Part shown: positions 11,951 to 22,822 of the stretch, in pieces | Layout: every line of letters starts with the position of its first letter | Numbering within the stretch: the stretch's first letter is position 1 | Assembly: GCF_932526225.1 (NCBI RefSeq) | Contig: NC_064039.1 | Span: 6,257,459 to 6,321,458 of the forward strand | DNA length: 64,000 bases | Reading direction: 5' to 3' | Origin: Nematostella vectensis | Taxonomy: Eukaryota | The notes under the pieces: generated by a model | The model's input: only the letters and a program-made list of their open reading frames with translations | What the model was told of the DNA's origin: nothing | Databases searched by the model: none | Translations under genes and position numbers: made by a program

Positions 11951-14900
11951 ACACCCCTAACTATACTCACGGATGGCCACTTTCCTAACCATACTCACGG
12001 ATGGCATGGATTGTCGTTGCAGCTGGATGCCATCCTGGTATGTACTTTGACATCTTCCTGCGGAGATGTGTCAATTGCACACGAGGATCCTTCCAGTCTC
12101 AACGCTCGGAGACCTTCTGCTTTCGCTGTCCTGGCAACAAGACGACGCTGTACTCTGGCACACGTGACCTGTCTCAGTGTAGAGGTATATGCGAGCAATA
12201 TATAAAGGGGAAAACGAAAATCGGAAAAGAAAACTATTTATGTTGCTAACAGCAAGTAGGACAATAATTTCCTATGGTAGAAAACATCATATATTATTGT
12301 ATGCCTGCCTCACTTATAAAGAGGCGTAGCCAAGGGGTGGCCTAGGGGACCCCCCCTCTAGCAGCCAAAAATACAGTAAATGTATGAAACATTATCTAAA
12401 ATACAGGAGAAAATGTCTTGAAAGGGCCTTTTGGGCCCCCTCCTGTTTAAAATCCTGGCTACGCCGCTGCTTATATTATGTCCAAGCCAGATTAGCCTAC
12501 GTGTAGCCGCTGACTCGCGAAACAGCGGCTACACGTAGGCTAAAGCCAGATAGGCCACATAAATAAATTGCACATCCAGACACTAGGATTACGGGGGTAC
12601 TGCACATCTTGTCACTTCTGTAATACTTGCATTGCCTGTCCAGGGATTATAGAGTGCCAACACAGGAATTACACAGTGCCTGAAATAATAAATGGTGGGA
12701 TCAGAATTTTGCACTATATAAACACCAAGCTGCATGTCCTTTTTTGTCTTGTAGACAAAGATAATAATACTATTTCGGGCTGTATATTAGCCGCGCATTA
12801 TGTGTGTTGGGGGAGGGGGCAGAATTTGTAAACGATTTGTTGAATGTAGCTCCTAACCTTATTAAAGTATCTGCCAAAATTGGCTTGCAAGTACTGATTG
12901 GCTCAGAATGGTTTTACTGACGACACAGAAAACCAAAACAAATCGTGTTTGAAAAAAGCGGGTCGCGATACAACGGATTCGACAGTAATGTATGCACTCT
13001 CTTTGTTTCCATAGAAACAAAATGCGGTGGAAACCTGACATCAATGTCAGGCGTCATCACATCCCCAAACTACCCCGACGCCTACCCTCGCTTCCTGGAA
13101 TGTACCTGGACAATCCATCCGCGAAGAGGGCGCAACATCTTGCTTCTTATTCCAAGTATCTCGCTTCCGACCACGCCCGACTGCTCGGACTATCTGACGA
13201 TGCGGGAGAGTTCGAGTCCTTACTCTGTGTTTACATATTACGCGTGTGAGTCCTTCGATCAGCCCGTGGCGTTAGTGTCACGCTCCAAGAACCTCCATAT
13301 CAAGTTTAAGTCGAGCCAGAACAGCATGGCGGAGGGATTCAAAATATTTTATGTCACATTTGAAGGTAGGTGGGGTAGGCACGTTTGGGTTCTTTGATTA
13401 AAAACAACAGCATTTTTACCTGTGTTTTTTAGAGCGTTTCAGGAACATTGTGAAACACATCGTTGAAGACGGGGAGTTGTATGCAAATGAAACAAACAGA
13501 CGACTGCTTCAGGTGGGAACAACAATATCAAATTGTTTGACTAGACAGGTCCCTGGACATTGAAAGTTTCTTGTCGGCTGTAAAAGTCCAGCATTTCTCA
13601 AATCTTTTAAATTTTGTTATCTCAGGTACGGAGTGTAATCCCTCAATTTGTTCAAGCATTCACCATTTCTCAAGCCCTTATAATTTTGTCAATCTCAGGG
13701 ACGGATCCAGGGTTGAACCCGTTTTATATGAAAAATTTCAGGTTACACTTTATCCTCGACCTCCTTTAATCGTTCAATTGTTTGCAAGTCTTTGTTATAG
13801 TCACCTCCCCCTCAGGTTGTCAAGATCAGCCTTACTGTATAAAGGCCTCCCCATACAACAATGCTGAGTGTTATGGGACTCCAGGCACGAGGCAAAGAGC
13901 GGGGCTCTGGGCCCGTATCCCCTCCCAATATTTTCAGAATTGTAAGGAATGGACCAGTAAGGGCGTGGCTGTGCCCTCCAATATTTTCTTAATGTTTTTG
14001 TATCGTGCCCCCAATATTTAGAGGCCTGCTACAGGTCTACACTGCCATGATGGTAACTCGATCAATTTTAATTCTCTTTTGACAGGATGAGACTCTTGTG
14101 CGCCAAATTCTGGACGTGATAGTAGACCCATCGAGCTTTGAATATTCAGTCAGCTCCAATCGCTTACACAGCAAGATTCCAAGTGGATTGCTAAAGTTCA
14201 TTGAAAATAAAGTGTACGACTTTTTCTCGAACGTCAGTCCTTACAGGAAAAAGCGAGCAACACAGAGATCAACTTTCGTCTGATTCGTTACCTGTTTGTA
14301 GTGTTCAATTACAAGTAGTTGGCTCTGTCCTCAGTTAGGAGCTTAATAGGACAAGTGATCATAGGAAACGATCAATAACCGACGGGCATTATAAGGGTAT
14401 TGGAAGCAGAAAGACAGATCTAGGAACTGGAATGTGTTTCCAAATGACTTTAGTGGCCTTTAAGCCTTGGCACACTGTAAGCAGACAGATGGGTATTATG
14501 ATACTTCCTAGAATAAGTTATAGGGGTCAGAGATGACAAGAGAATAATAAGAGTAGAGAGAATACAGAATGGAGCTCTTCCTACAGCTTATGAAAAGCCA
14601 ATTTTGAAGTTGAGTATACTAGAATTATGTGAATTTTACAAAGGGACTCAGTTTAGCTCGATAGTGCTAGACAGTGATTAGTTTGTATGGATTTTATTGT
14701 TTTAATACTGACAGATATAGAATGGATTCAACTGAGATAAAGCCAGAAGTTGATACTAAATGAAAGACATTTCCCTAAGTAAAACCACACAAAGGACACA
14801 TTTTCTTTTTTAAGAGTAGTAGACCTAGGCAAGACCCTCTGGGTCAACCAGTAACCATGGCTAAGATATCAGATACCACAAAGGCCTGTCATGTTAATTT

Positions 14901-15367
14901 TACTAAATTAAAATAAATAGATAAATACTGTTAAGGATTAAACTGCAAGTTTATCACCCCCCTCCCCCCCAAAAAACATTGTATTTTTGTAGAAACATTG
15001 GTTGATATACTTTATCTATGGGTCTGATTCTGAGAGGCTGGGTTGGGTTCTAATTAGGACACAAGCACAATGCAAACATTTGTTTCCATTTTGAAATGGG
15101 AATGTAAGTGAACACAATCTGGTTGATGTCATTGCATTTTGTGCTTAACTGTATCATTAAGTGAGACAAGATTTCTTTTACATTTATCTAGTACATATTA
15201 AGCATTTTTACAGTTTTTATGAGACCATATAAGGTTTATTACAAAGTAGACCTTTTACAATTTATCAGACTTGAGCTTGTACATAAAATAAAGTTAAACA
15301 AATACAAGAAAAAGCTTGCAAAAAAAAAAACAATGACTTCATTTATTGGGCACAACTTCTTAATGTA
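11951..15367 (+). repeat. Segmental duplication, copy B (~3.4 kb)
   Basis: See copy A. The copies are separated by ~1 kb of unique sequence (10938..11950). Confidence 0.9.
12023..14283 (+). CDS. Duplicated 3' exon cassette of the SCUBE-like gene (GCC2/GCC3 exon, CUB exon, two tail exons). Either a partial gene copy or an alternative 3' cassette
   Basis: Exons 12023..12184, 13015..13365, 13433..13512 and 14086..14283 are near-identical to 7579..7740, 8579..8929, 9007..9086 and 9660..9857. Reading frames, AG/GT junctions and the stop codon are all intact. Only a few substitutions are seen (SFQPQ>SFQSQ, GARD>GTRD, EYSIS>EYSVS). No upstream EGF exons belong to this copy. Confidence 0.5.
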
Positions 15368-15904
15368 CTTCCCGATGTACAAACACTCAGGACATTCAAA
15401 CAATTAAATGTTTTTTTTATATGGTACATAACAGAAATGATATTTTTTCTTAAAGGAAAACAAGTAAAACATCTGCATATAATTCTAAGTAAAGTGTTTC
15501 AGAGAAGCATATAAATAATAAAACATGAGACTTGGTAAGAACAAATAATTACATATTTCACTTAAATCAAGAAATTTTTAAATTCCAAAACACACAACTT
15601 TCAAAATTCTCTAGGTAATTTCATTGCAAAAGTGATTTTATTTCTCAGCAAAGTGTGTCATCTGTGTACACCCTGTACCATGCAGACTAAAGCAAAGAAG
15701 GGTAGGATATACATACATGGAGGCCTTATGTATGATGTGAAATGAATAAAATTTAAGCTTTTTTTAGAGCTTTGAGATTTAGAATTTTATTTTGTTTGCT
15801 GTTTTGAAGCAATCACAGTGCTCTCTTACTGGTTAGCATTGGTTGAAATTGTGTAAAAAAAATAAGAATTTTGAGGTGAGAGCATATTGCACCATTGCAT
15901 CTTC

Positions 15905-17052
15905 TCACAATAGAGCATCTCTGCCTTCTCTTTGCTTAGACAGTTCCTTCTTCACAAGCTTTTCAAGTTCAAATAGATGATTGTCACACTGATGATCATG
16001 TTCTGTAATTTTTTCAATTACTGCAGCAAGGTTTAAGAGGTACTCAGAGTTTTTGCCACTTGTACCTTTAGAGTGAGCTATTTGATAAGCTATCTCAGGC
16101 AAGGGTGCTGGACCAAGATAAAACTCATTTTCTTGAGTAGCAACATAAAGCATCACCTGAAATTGCTCTTCTAAATTACCACTTGGATGGAACGTTGTAA
16201 AACCAGCAGTGTATCCATCCTTTTCTCTGATATCAAGGTACCTCAGAACACTTGGTACATCTTGAGCATCAACTTGATAGGAAATACCCCAAACTGTGCT
16301 CTAAATGTAAAACAGAGTTATGTTTCCTTTTCCATGGTGTGTCACTGGGGCATAATTTGAAAAAGTTGACAAACCACATCAGGTACCACATATCAGGTAC
16401 CACTCAACCAATGCCTTCCGTTCACTAAATGGCCCCCATCTCTCCCCTTTACTGATATCCATAGAATCATAGAGCATTGGCATCGATTCTGTCTGTCCCC
16501 TTCCTACCCTTTCAACAACGACAGATAAGCACCCCAACCTCGATGAGCCACTGGGCTTTTCAATGAACAAAAAGTACCCCAACCTCGATGAACCACGGGG
16601 CTTTTCAATCATTTTCAGTAGTGGATTTGTTGTTGAGCTGTTGTCATTGGGACTATTTGGTGGACTTGTAAGGTTTAGGGTGTAACCTAAACTTGAAGCC
16701 TAAGCAGTTTATATGTTATATTAACTTAAGTAACGTAATAAATTTGCTGTGTAACACTACCTTGGAATCTGGCAGTAGCGTTGCCACTCTCCCTGGCTGG
16801 AAAAAAATCACATTGGATATGAAATCTTCAAGTTATGGCAGTCGTTTAATAGAAAATCTGACGCTGAATACTTAGTACCTTTCCTGGAACTCCACGGTGG
16901 TCACAGCTGCCTTGATAAAATTTTCGCACATATCCCTTGATGTAGCCGGCGACTTTCTTCTTGTAAGGAAAATCGACCTTCCAAACCAGAGAACCATAGC
17001 CGAAGATCCAAAGATCTTGGCCTTCTTCAAGAACAAAATTGTCGCCAGTCAT
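15905..17052 (-). CDS. CHAC2: ChaC-family glutathione-specific gamma-glutamylcyclotransferase (CHAC2-like), 3 exons
   Basis: Exons 16879..17052, 16761..16796 and 15905..16300 (201 aa). Product: [41 protein letters not shown]|[12 protein letters not shown]|[45 protein letters not shown]. This matches ChaC hallmarks (YGSLxWK, HRG.PG.PGRV.TL). The ORF-track start at 17058 is a TTG; the first ATG is at 17052. Confidence 0.85.
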
Positions 17053-17230
17053 ATTCAATTAGTTGTTAATGGCTTGAAATAATGCGTATACTTATCCATA
17101 GGGCTAAGTACCTGTAATAAATCAAAACAACAATAAATAAAAAACGCCATAACCACCGTTTTGGACCGAGAAAGACTGGGTCTATTATAAGCCGCTGGCT
17201 TAGAATTCGTAGGCTCGCATTTCGTTCCAC
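17053..17230. promoter_or_regulatory. Putative bidirectional promoter between the divergent CHAC2-like and UMPS genes
   Basis: Only ~180 bp separates the two divergently oriented start codons. No transcript data are available. Confidence 0.35.
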
Positions 17231-18664
17231 ATGTTCAAAATGGCGGGAGAAAACGATGAAGCTCTGATCGCACAACTGTTCGAAATTAACGCCTTCAAGT
17301 TTGGCAAATTTACGCTTAAAAGCGGCATAGACTCCCCAGTGTATATCGACCTTCGTGTCATCGTCTCGTACCCTGATGTCCTTCAGAGCGTTAGTAAGCT
17401 GATGTGGAATGTTGTCTCGGATGCCGGTTTAAAGTTCGACGTGATTTGCGGTGTCCCTTACACCGCACTGCCTATCGCTTCATGCATGTCCGTCAATAAT
17501 AATGCGCCCATGGTGATGAGACGAAAGGAGGCCAAAAGCTATGGAACGAAGAAGCTCATCGAAGGGCATTTTGAAGAAGGGTCAACTTGTCTAGTGATTG
17601 AGGATATCGTTACTAGTGGGTCTAGCGTACTGGAGACTGTTGAGTCGCTGACTTCTGTAAAGTTACAAGTCACTGACACTGTGGTTTTACTTGATCGTTG
17701 CCAGGGAGGGAAGGATAAGCTGGATTGTGCAGGAATTAGGCTACACTCTTTGTTTACCTTGCCTAGAGTGTTAAAAGTCCTACATGCACAAGGCAAAGTC
17801 GATGATGCAGTTGTGGAGAGTGTTAGGGAATTTCTTGAGGCTAACCAGTTTAAAGCTACGTCAGATGTAACTCCAGTGCCACCGAAAGGGAGAGATCTTA
17901 GTTTTCTTAAGCGACTTGAGATGAGTAGCAATCCTGTAGCCAAGAAAGTGTTTAAGATAATGCATTCCAAGGAAACAAATCTGGCAGTGTCTGTTGATCT
18001 CACTAAAAGTGGCAACATTCTAAACCTTGTCAATCAAGTTGGCCCTCATGTTTGCATAGTCAAGACGCATGTAGACATCATTGAAGATTTCACTCCTGGT
18101 TTTGTGGCTTCATTGCAAAATCTAGCTACCAAGCACAACTTTTTGATATTTGAGGACAGAAAGTTTGCAGACATTGGTAACACAGTGAAACATCAGTACA
18201 GCAAAGGTATATACCACATTTCTGACTGGGCTCATATCACCAATGCCCACCCTGTTCCTGGAGAAGGAGTCATAACTGGACTTAAAGAAATAGGGGCACC
18301 CAAAGGGAACGGGTGTCTGATTATAGCAGAGATGAGTGCAAAGGGAAATTTTGCTAATGGCGAATACACAAAAGCAGCGATTGAGATGGCAAAAAATCAC
18401 CAAGATTTTGTATTTGGGTTCATCAGTATTGGAAGTATCGTAGATGACCCTGGCTTCGTCCACATGACACCTGGGGTCAAGCTTATCAAGGGGGGTGATG
18501 CTTTAGGTCAGCAGTACTTGACACCAGAGGAGGTTGTCGGCAAGAAGGGGAGTGATGTCATAATTGTGGGGCGTGGGATATATGAAGCTGAAAATCCTGC
18601 TTCTGCTGCCATTGAGTATAAAGAAGCTGCCTACAAGGCCTACCTACAGAGAATTACCAAGTAA
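17231..18664 (+). CDS. UMPS: UMP synthase (orotate phosphoribosyltransferase + OMP decarboxylase fusion), encoded in a single exon
   Basis: 477-aa uninterrupted ORF. OPRT half: FKFGKFTLKSGIDSPVYIDLR, CGVPYTALP, LVIEDIVTSGSSVLET. ODC half: ETNLAVSVDL, VKTHVDI, FEDRKFADIGNTV, QQY.TPEEV...GSDVIIVGRGI. The second ATG at 17240 (caaaATGG) may be the true start. Confidence 0.93.
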   Translation: MFKMAGENDEALIAQLFEINAFKFGKFTLKSGIDSPVYIDLRVIVSYPDVLQSVSKLMWNVVSDAGLKFDVICGVPYTALPIASCMSVNNNAPMVMRRKEAKSYGTKKLIEGHFEEGSTCLVIEDIVTSGSSVLETVESLTSVKLQVTDTVVLLDRCQGGKDKLDCAGIRLHSLFTLPRVLKVLHAQGKVDDAVVESVREFLEANQFKATSDVTPVPPKGRDLSFLKRLEMSSNPVAKKVFKIMHSKETNLAVSVDLTKSGNILNLVNQVGPHVCIVKTHVDIIEDFTPGFVASLQNLATKHNFLIFEDRKFADIGNTVKHQYSKGIYHISDWAHITNAHPVPGEGVITGLKEIGAPKGNGCLIIAEMSAKGNFANGEYTKAAIEMAKNHQDFVFGFISIGSIVDDPGFVHMTPGVKLIKGGDALGQQYLTPEEVVGKKGSDVIIVGRGIYEAENPASAAIEYKEAAYKAYLQRITK

Positions 18665-20818
18665 GGACCTGTGCCTACATAGAGTATAGAAAAAATAAAA
18701 ACTCTAGCATGATATGCTATTATATCCATCCATAAAAGAAATACATTTTTGCATTTTAGAATTGCAATGTGAGTAGCTAAGAACATACACTGCCAGGTGA
18801 CAGTTGATAACTTGAATTTTTTATTCCTGTGTCAGCACTGGCTTAGGGAACCATGTTTCCATGTGCTGTTCAAGATGCAAATGAACATGAAACAATCAAC
18901 TTGGCTTAATTGCCTGTATTTGCATTTGGAAAGGGAGATGAAGGAACAGGGCCTGCTGTAAACCTTAGTCAAGTTGTGTAGATACTTTCAGTAATGTGAA
19001 ACAAAAAACAAACAAAAATGGTACAAAATAGACGTTAAGAAATATAAGTATATTGTTTTGTTGCTTTCTTGCATTCTCGCCCATTTTTATTATTATTTAT
19101 TATTATTATTTGCTGGTCATAAAGTTTGTCATATTTTGTAAGCACATGCTTGGGAAGAGGTGTGATTTTTTGTCTCACAGCTCAAAGTAATGATTCACAT
19201 ACAGTATGAAGGAAAGCACTAAGCTGCAATGGAATGTAAAAGTTATTCTTGGTTTTCTATTGGTAAATAGCTTGAAATCCTAAAGAATACAGTAGCAATA
19301 GGCATTTAGTTTAGACATTTGATTTCAGTAAATATTTAGAATAAAATATATGTGAGGAATGTTTGTTCTCTCTTACCCCTATCAGCTGAAAAATACAGTA
19401 AATAATTGTTTAGATGTTTCCCAGTAAAATAAATTTGCTTTCATCTAAGTTTTTCCCTATGTTTGAATGTACTGTAAGCATTTCACAAATACTATAACAA
19501 AAATATAATTGAAATCATAGGGATATGTTTGTTGATAAAGTCCTATTGTTGTTGCTTTTATTTTTAAAAGTGATGCTACAAAGAAAAAACTTATTGGCAG
19601 TGCAATTGGCTTCCTAGAATATCTAAGGTAATAGTATATGTCTTTTTCTGGGAATATTATTCATCTACAAATGGATAAATTTTGTAGCTCCAGTGTCTTT
19701 TGAACTGCAAATGTTTGCATTTATTATGTCACTGGTTTGTGGCTTTTGTATAATATAGTCACTGTTGAGTGCTGAGAAGGTTTTAGATTAAAAACAAGAA
19801 GAGAAGAAGAACTAGATAAAAAATTGTGGCTGTACTTTATTCGACAACTGTAAAATGTGTTATTTTAGTCCATAATATGTTCATAAACATTTATATTTTT
19901 TACAGCCATATACAGCAATCAATAGATTCTAGGGATTAGAGCAGACTATATGAAGTTAAGGCTAGATGGCACTTTCCATAGCACTTTGTAATTTGTAATC
20001 TGTTTGAATGGGTCCACCATTCAATAATGATATTCTCATCATCATCTCCTCCTCATACAAGAATAATATTGTATATTGATAATATAGGAATTTTATTGTC
20101 TTTTTTTTCTTTTTCTAATGTCTAAATATTTCTTCATGTTGTCATATTGTCACTCTTCCATCCCTTTCTTATTCTTCTGCTGAGCTTTTTTGTCTGCTTC
20201 ATGTGATCTGATAAAAATGAACAAAAACAGCATTAAATGTATACACATTTACAAGCCATCTTGAACCAAAGTATCTACCTAGGAGGGGGGGGGGGTTAGA
20301 AAATAATAACCTTTGTACTGTACTGTGTGTATCAAGTAAAATATGTAGAGACAAACCCATTTTTAACTGTTTTGTGTTGGGGAGGATGGAGGGTTTTAGA
20401 TAAAAAAGTACAGTACAAAGCTTTTTTTTATTGAAGAACCACAAAAACATCAACTTGCATAATTTCTGAATCTGCCAGCACCTCCCCACAATAAGCTCCC
20501 AGCAATGGCACTGTTTCAGTATTGTTTTTGGAGGTACTGTACTGCGAATGAATGAATTTAGAAAACTGTCCTTCTAGCAGCTGAAATGTTGAATTACAAA
20601 GTGCAGGTACAATGTGGTCAAGTCAAAGGCACAGGAAGGCAACACATAGCTGATATACATGTTTGACTATACTTAGATTGAAATCGTTGTTTCTTGTTTG
20701 GAAGGAGAACCCAGAGAACAAGGAGAAAAGCTATTGAAGCAAAGGCCTGGGAGAACCAAAAAAACTCAACTTACAAAATTGGAACCCAAGCTATTACTGC
20801 TATTACTGCTTCCACTAC

Positions 20819-22346
20819 CTTAGCATGATCTCTGTGCAGTGTGCAATTTTGTCCCAGTCATAGTTAGTCACTTTGCTCAGCTCGTTTGTCCAAGATGGGA
20901 TCAAGTTGAGGCAGATGCGTGATGCTGCTATACAAGACGATGTTATCAAGGATGGGGAAAATGAAAGGAATGTATGATCTGTAAATAGAAAAAAAAACCT
21001 TTTAGAACAAAGCAAGTAATTTGGTATACATTAAAACTCAGTTGGCTAAGGAGAAACAATATTCAGTAGGAGTTAGTGTGGACTGCAAGAATTTTATAGG
21101 AGGGGTAATGCAAGCATTGAATCTCTTATTTTGAAGTGGAAGAGGGTGTTGTACCCTTGGCCCATCCTTGGTAGATCCACCTAAAACAATATCTAAGAAA
21201 TCATGTATTTCCAGCTTTTTAATGGATTTTAAAGAAATTTCCTGTATTCAATAAAAAAAATAAAATTTCTTTATAATAGATGTTAGAGGGTATAATAAGC
21301 CATTTTGAAGGTTGGTGTATTTTAAATAAAACCTCTCTAATAATAGTTGTAGAAAATTATTACAGTAAAGTTTGGAGTTTTGGCTGATGAAATGAACCCA
21401 CCTTGAAAGGATATTTCCAAAAAGTAGTAGACATATTTCCGTAGGTAGGTGCTTGTCTTTTTATAGTCTATTGTCATCTCAGACTCTTTGTAATCTATGG
21501 TTGCCTTAGCCAAGTAATATTCCAGAAATTGCACGGGGGTTGGTAGGTCTATATTCCAATTAAAGAATTCTAATAGGAGCAATTCCATTTGATGGTATTC
21601 AGCATGCTGGTAAGTGTTATTTACAAATTTGTTGAGAGTCGAGATGTCTGGTATCTGGTTCTCGTTTTCATCAAACTTTGCTGTGAAGAAAAGAAAATAT
21701 AAATTATATAGAATCGTCTTTTTTTTGTTAGTATTTGACGCAATAAAACCTTGACGTTATTGATGTATCCCTAAGCATTTGAGAGAATCGGATTCCATGG
21801 AAGTTTTTTTGTCTGCATCAGCAGCAAGATAACTTATTGAATAATTTTACATTGGTAACTTCTTGAATAATTTTACATTGGTTTGGTTCTGTTTGATCCT
21901 GCTCGCTAAGCTATTGAAGAATGCGCAAAAGTTCAATTCTACATAAATCTTTAATGATGTTTAAATAGTTAAAACAAAGAATTCATGTAGATGGATCTTT
22001 TTGTTATTCAATAAGTCAACAAATCTCTCGCGAGCGAAGTACTTTTTTAACTTATTTCACAACAAATCTCACCTGCAAGCAACAAGGCAGTCAACGCCAA
22101 GAGGTGAAGCTGCGACTCTTGAATTATGAACTTATCCATAAAGAAATCCATATAGTAAATAGCCAGGTGAACTACACCATGAGATGAACCAAGTTTTTCT
22201 CCTATCACAGCCAACCAATCAACCAAATAACGACGAATCTTAAGCTGAGGCGAAGCCGCCATAAAATTCGGAATGCGAGCTTCTTTCTCTCTCAAAACCT
22301 CGTGGATATCTGAAGCTAGTGAAGATGACGAACATTCTTCTACCAT
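20819..22346 (-). CDS. CCNJ: Cyclin J-like gene; first three coding exons, 3' end unresolved
   Basis: Exons 22073..22346, 21402..21680 and 20819..20978. Product: ..LASDIHEVLREKEARIPNFMAASPQLKIRRYLVDWLAVIGEKL..HLAIYYMDFFMDKF..QLHLLALTALLLA|AKFDENENQIP..MELLLLEFFNWNIDLPTPVQFLEYYL..YFLEISFQ|DHTFLSFSPSLITSSCIAASRI... This is colinear with the cyclin J cyclin box. At 20818 there is either a donor (AG|GTAGTG) or an in-frame TAG at 20815..20817. Confidence 0.7.
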
Positions 22347-22822
22347 TATAGACGCCTAGTATCATCCAAAGGGTAAGTTTAGCCGTATAGTATTCAAACC
22401 AATCCGGCAAACAAATCTAGAGAGACAGAAAACTAGCTCACCACGCGGGAGCCAAATATTCTGTTGCGTCTTCGCGTTGCCGACTTTTTTTTCATTTCGC
22501 ATTTCGCGGGAAATTTGTAGGCGTCCAAATAAGGGCTTTACTGCCTTATATGGTAAAGTTAGCTACTTAGCTTTCCTACCGAATTTGTATCAATTTTTTA
22601 TTTGAAAATAGCCATTCTAGGCATACTATTCCACAAAAAATAGGTAAGTTGGTAAGTATCACAAATACCTTTTCGTTTGAGAAATTGCGATTCTTATGTT
22701 TTTGCGACCCTGTGTTTTCCCATAACACCCCGCGGGCCTCAAGGCTTCTTGTTTTGCTTGGCTTGCAGGAAGTTTGGGAAGTTTTCAGTTCTTCGTCGTT
22801 CTTATTCGCCATTTTTACAAAC
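22347..22822. promoter_or_regulatory. Putative bidirectional promoter between the cyclin-J-like and MVP genes, containing an E2F-type site
   Basis: The start codons are divergent and ~480 bp apart. TTTCGCGGGAAA at 22502..22513 contains the classic E2F core GCGGGAAA. Confidence 0.35.

Noticed and set aside
16379-16612. 77-aa minus-strand ORF with an internal duplicated peptide ([26 protein letters not shown])
   Set aside because: It lies in CHAC2-like intron 2 and derives from a 2-copy local tandem repeat. There is no splice support.
17539-18033. 164-aa antisense ORF inside UMPS. Similar antisense ORFs lie inside PolB (58251.., 59436.., 59662.., 60622.., 61483..), the integrase (57049..57612), MCP (55855..56127) and the ankyrin gene
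   Set aside because: They lie opposite strongly supported coding regions and have no motifs or promoter boxes. These are typical shadow ORFs.
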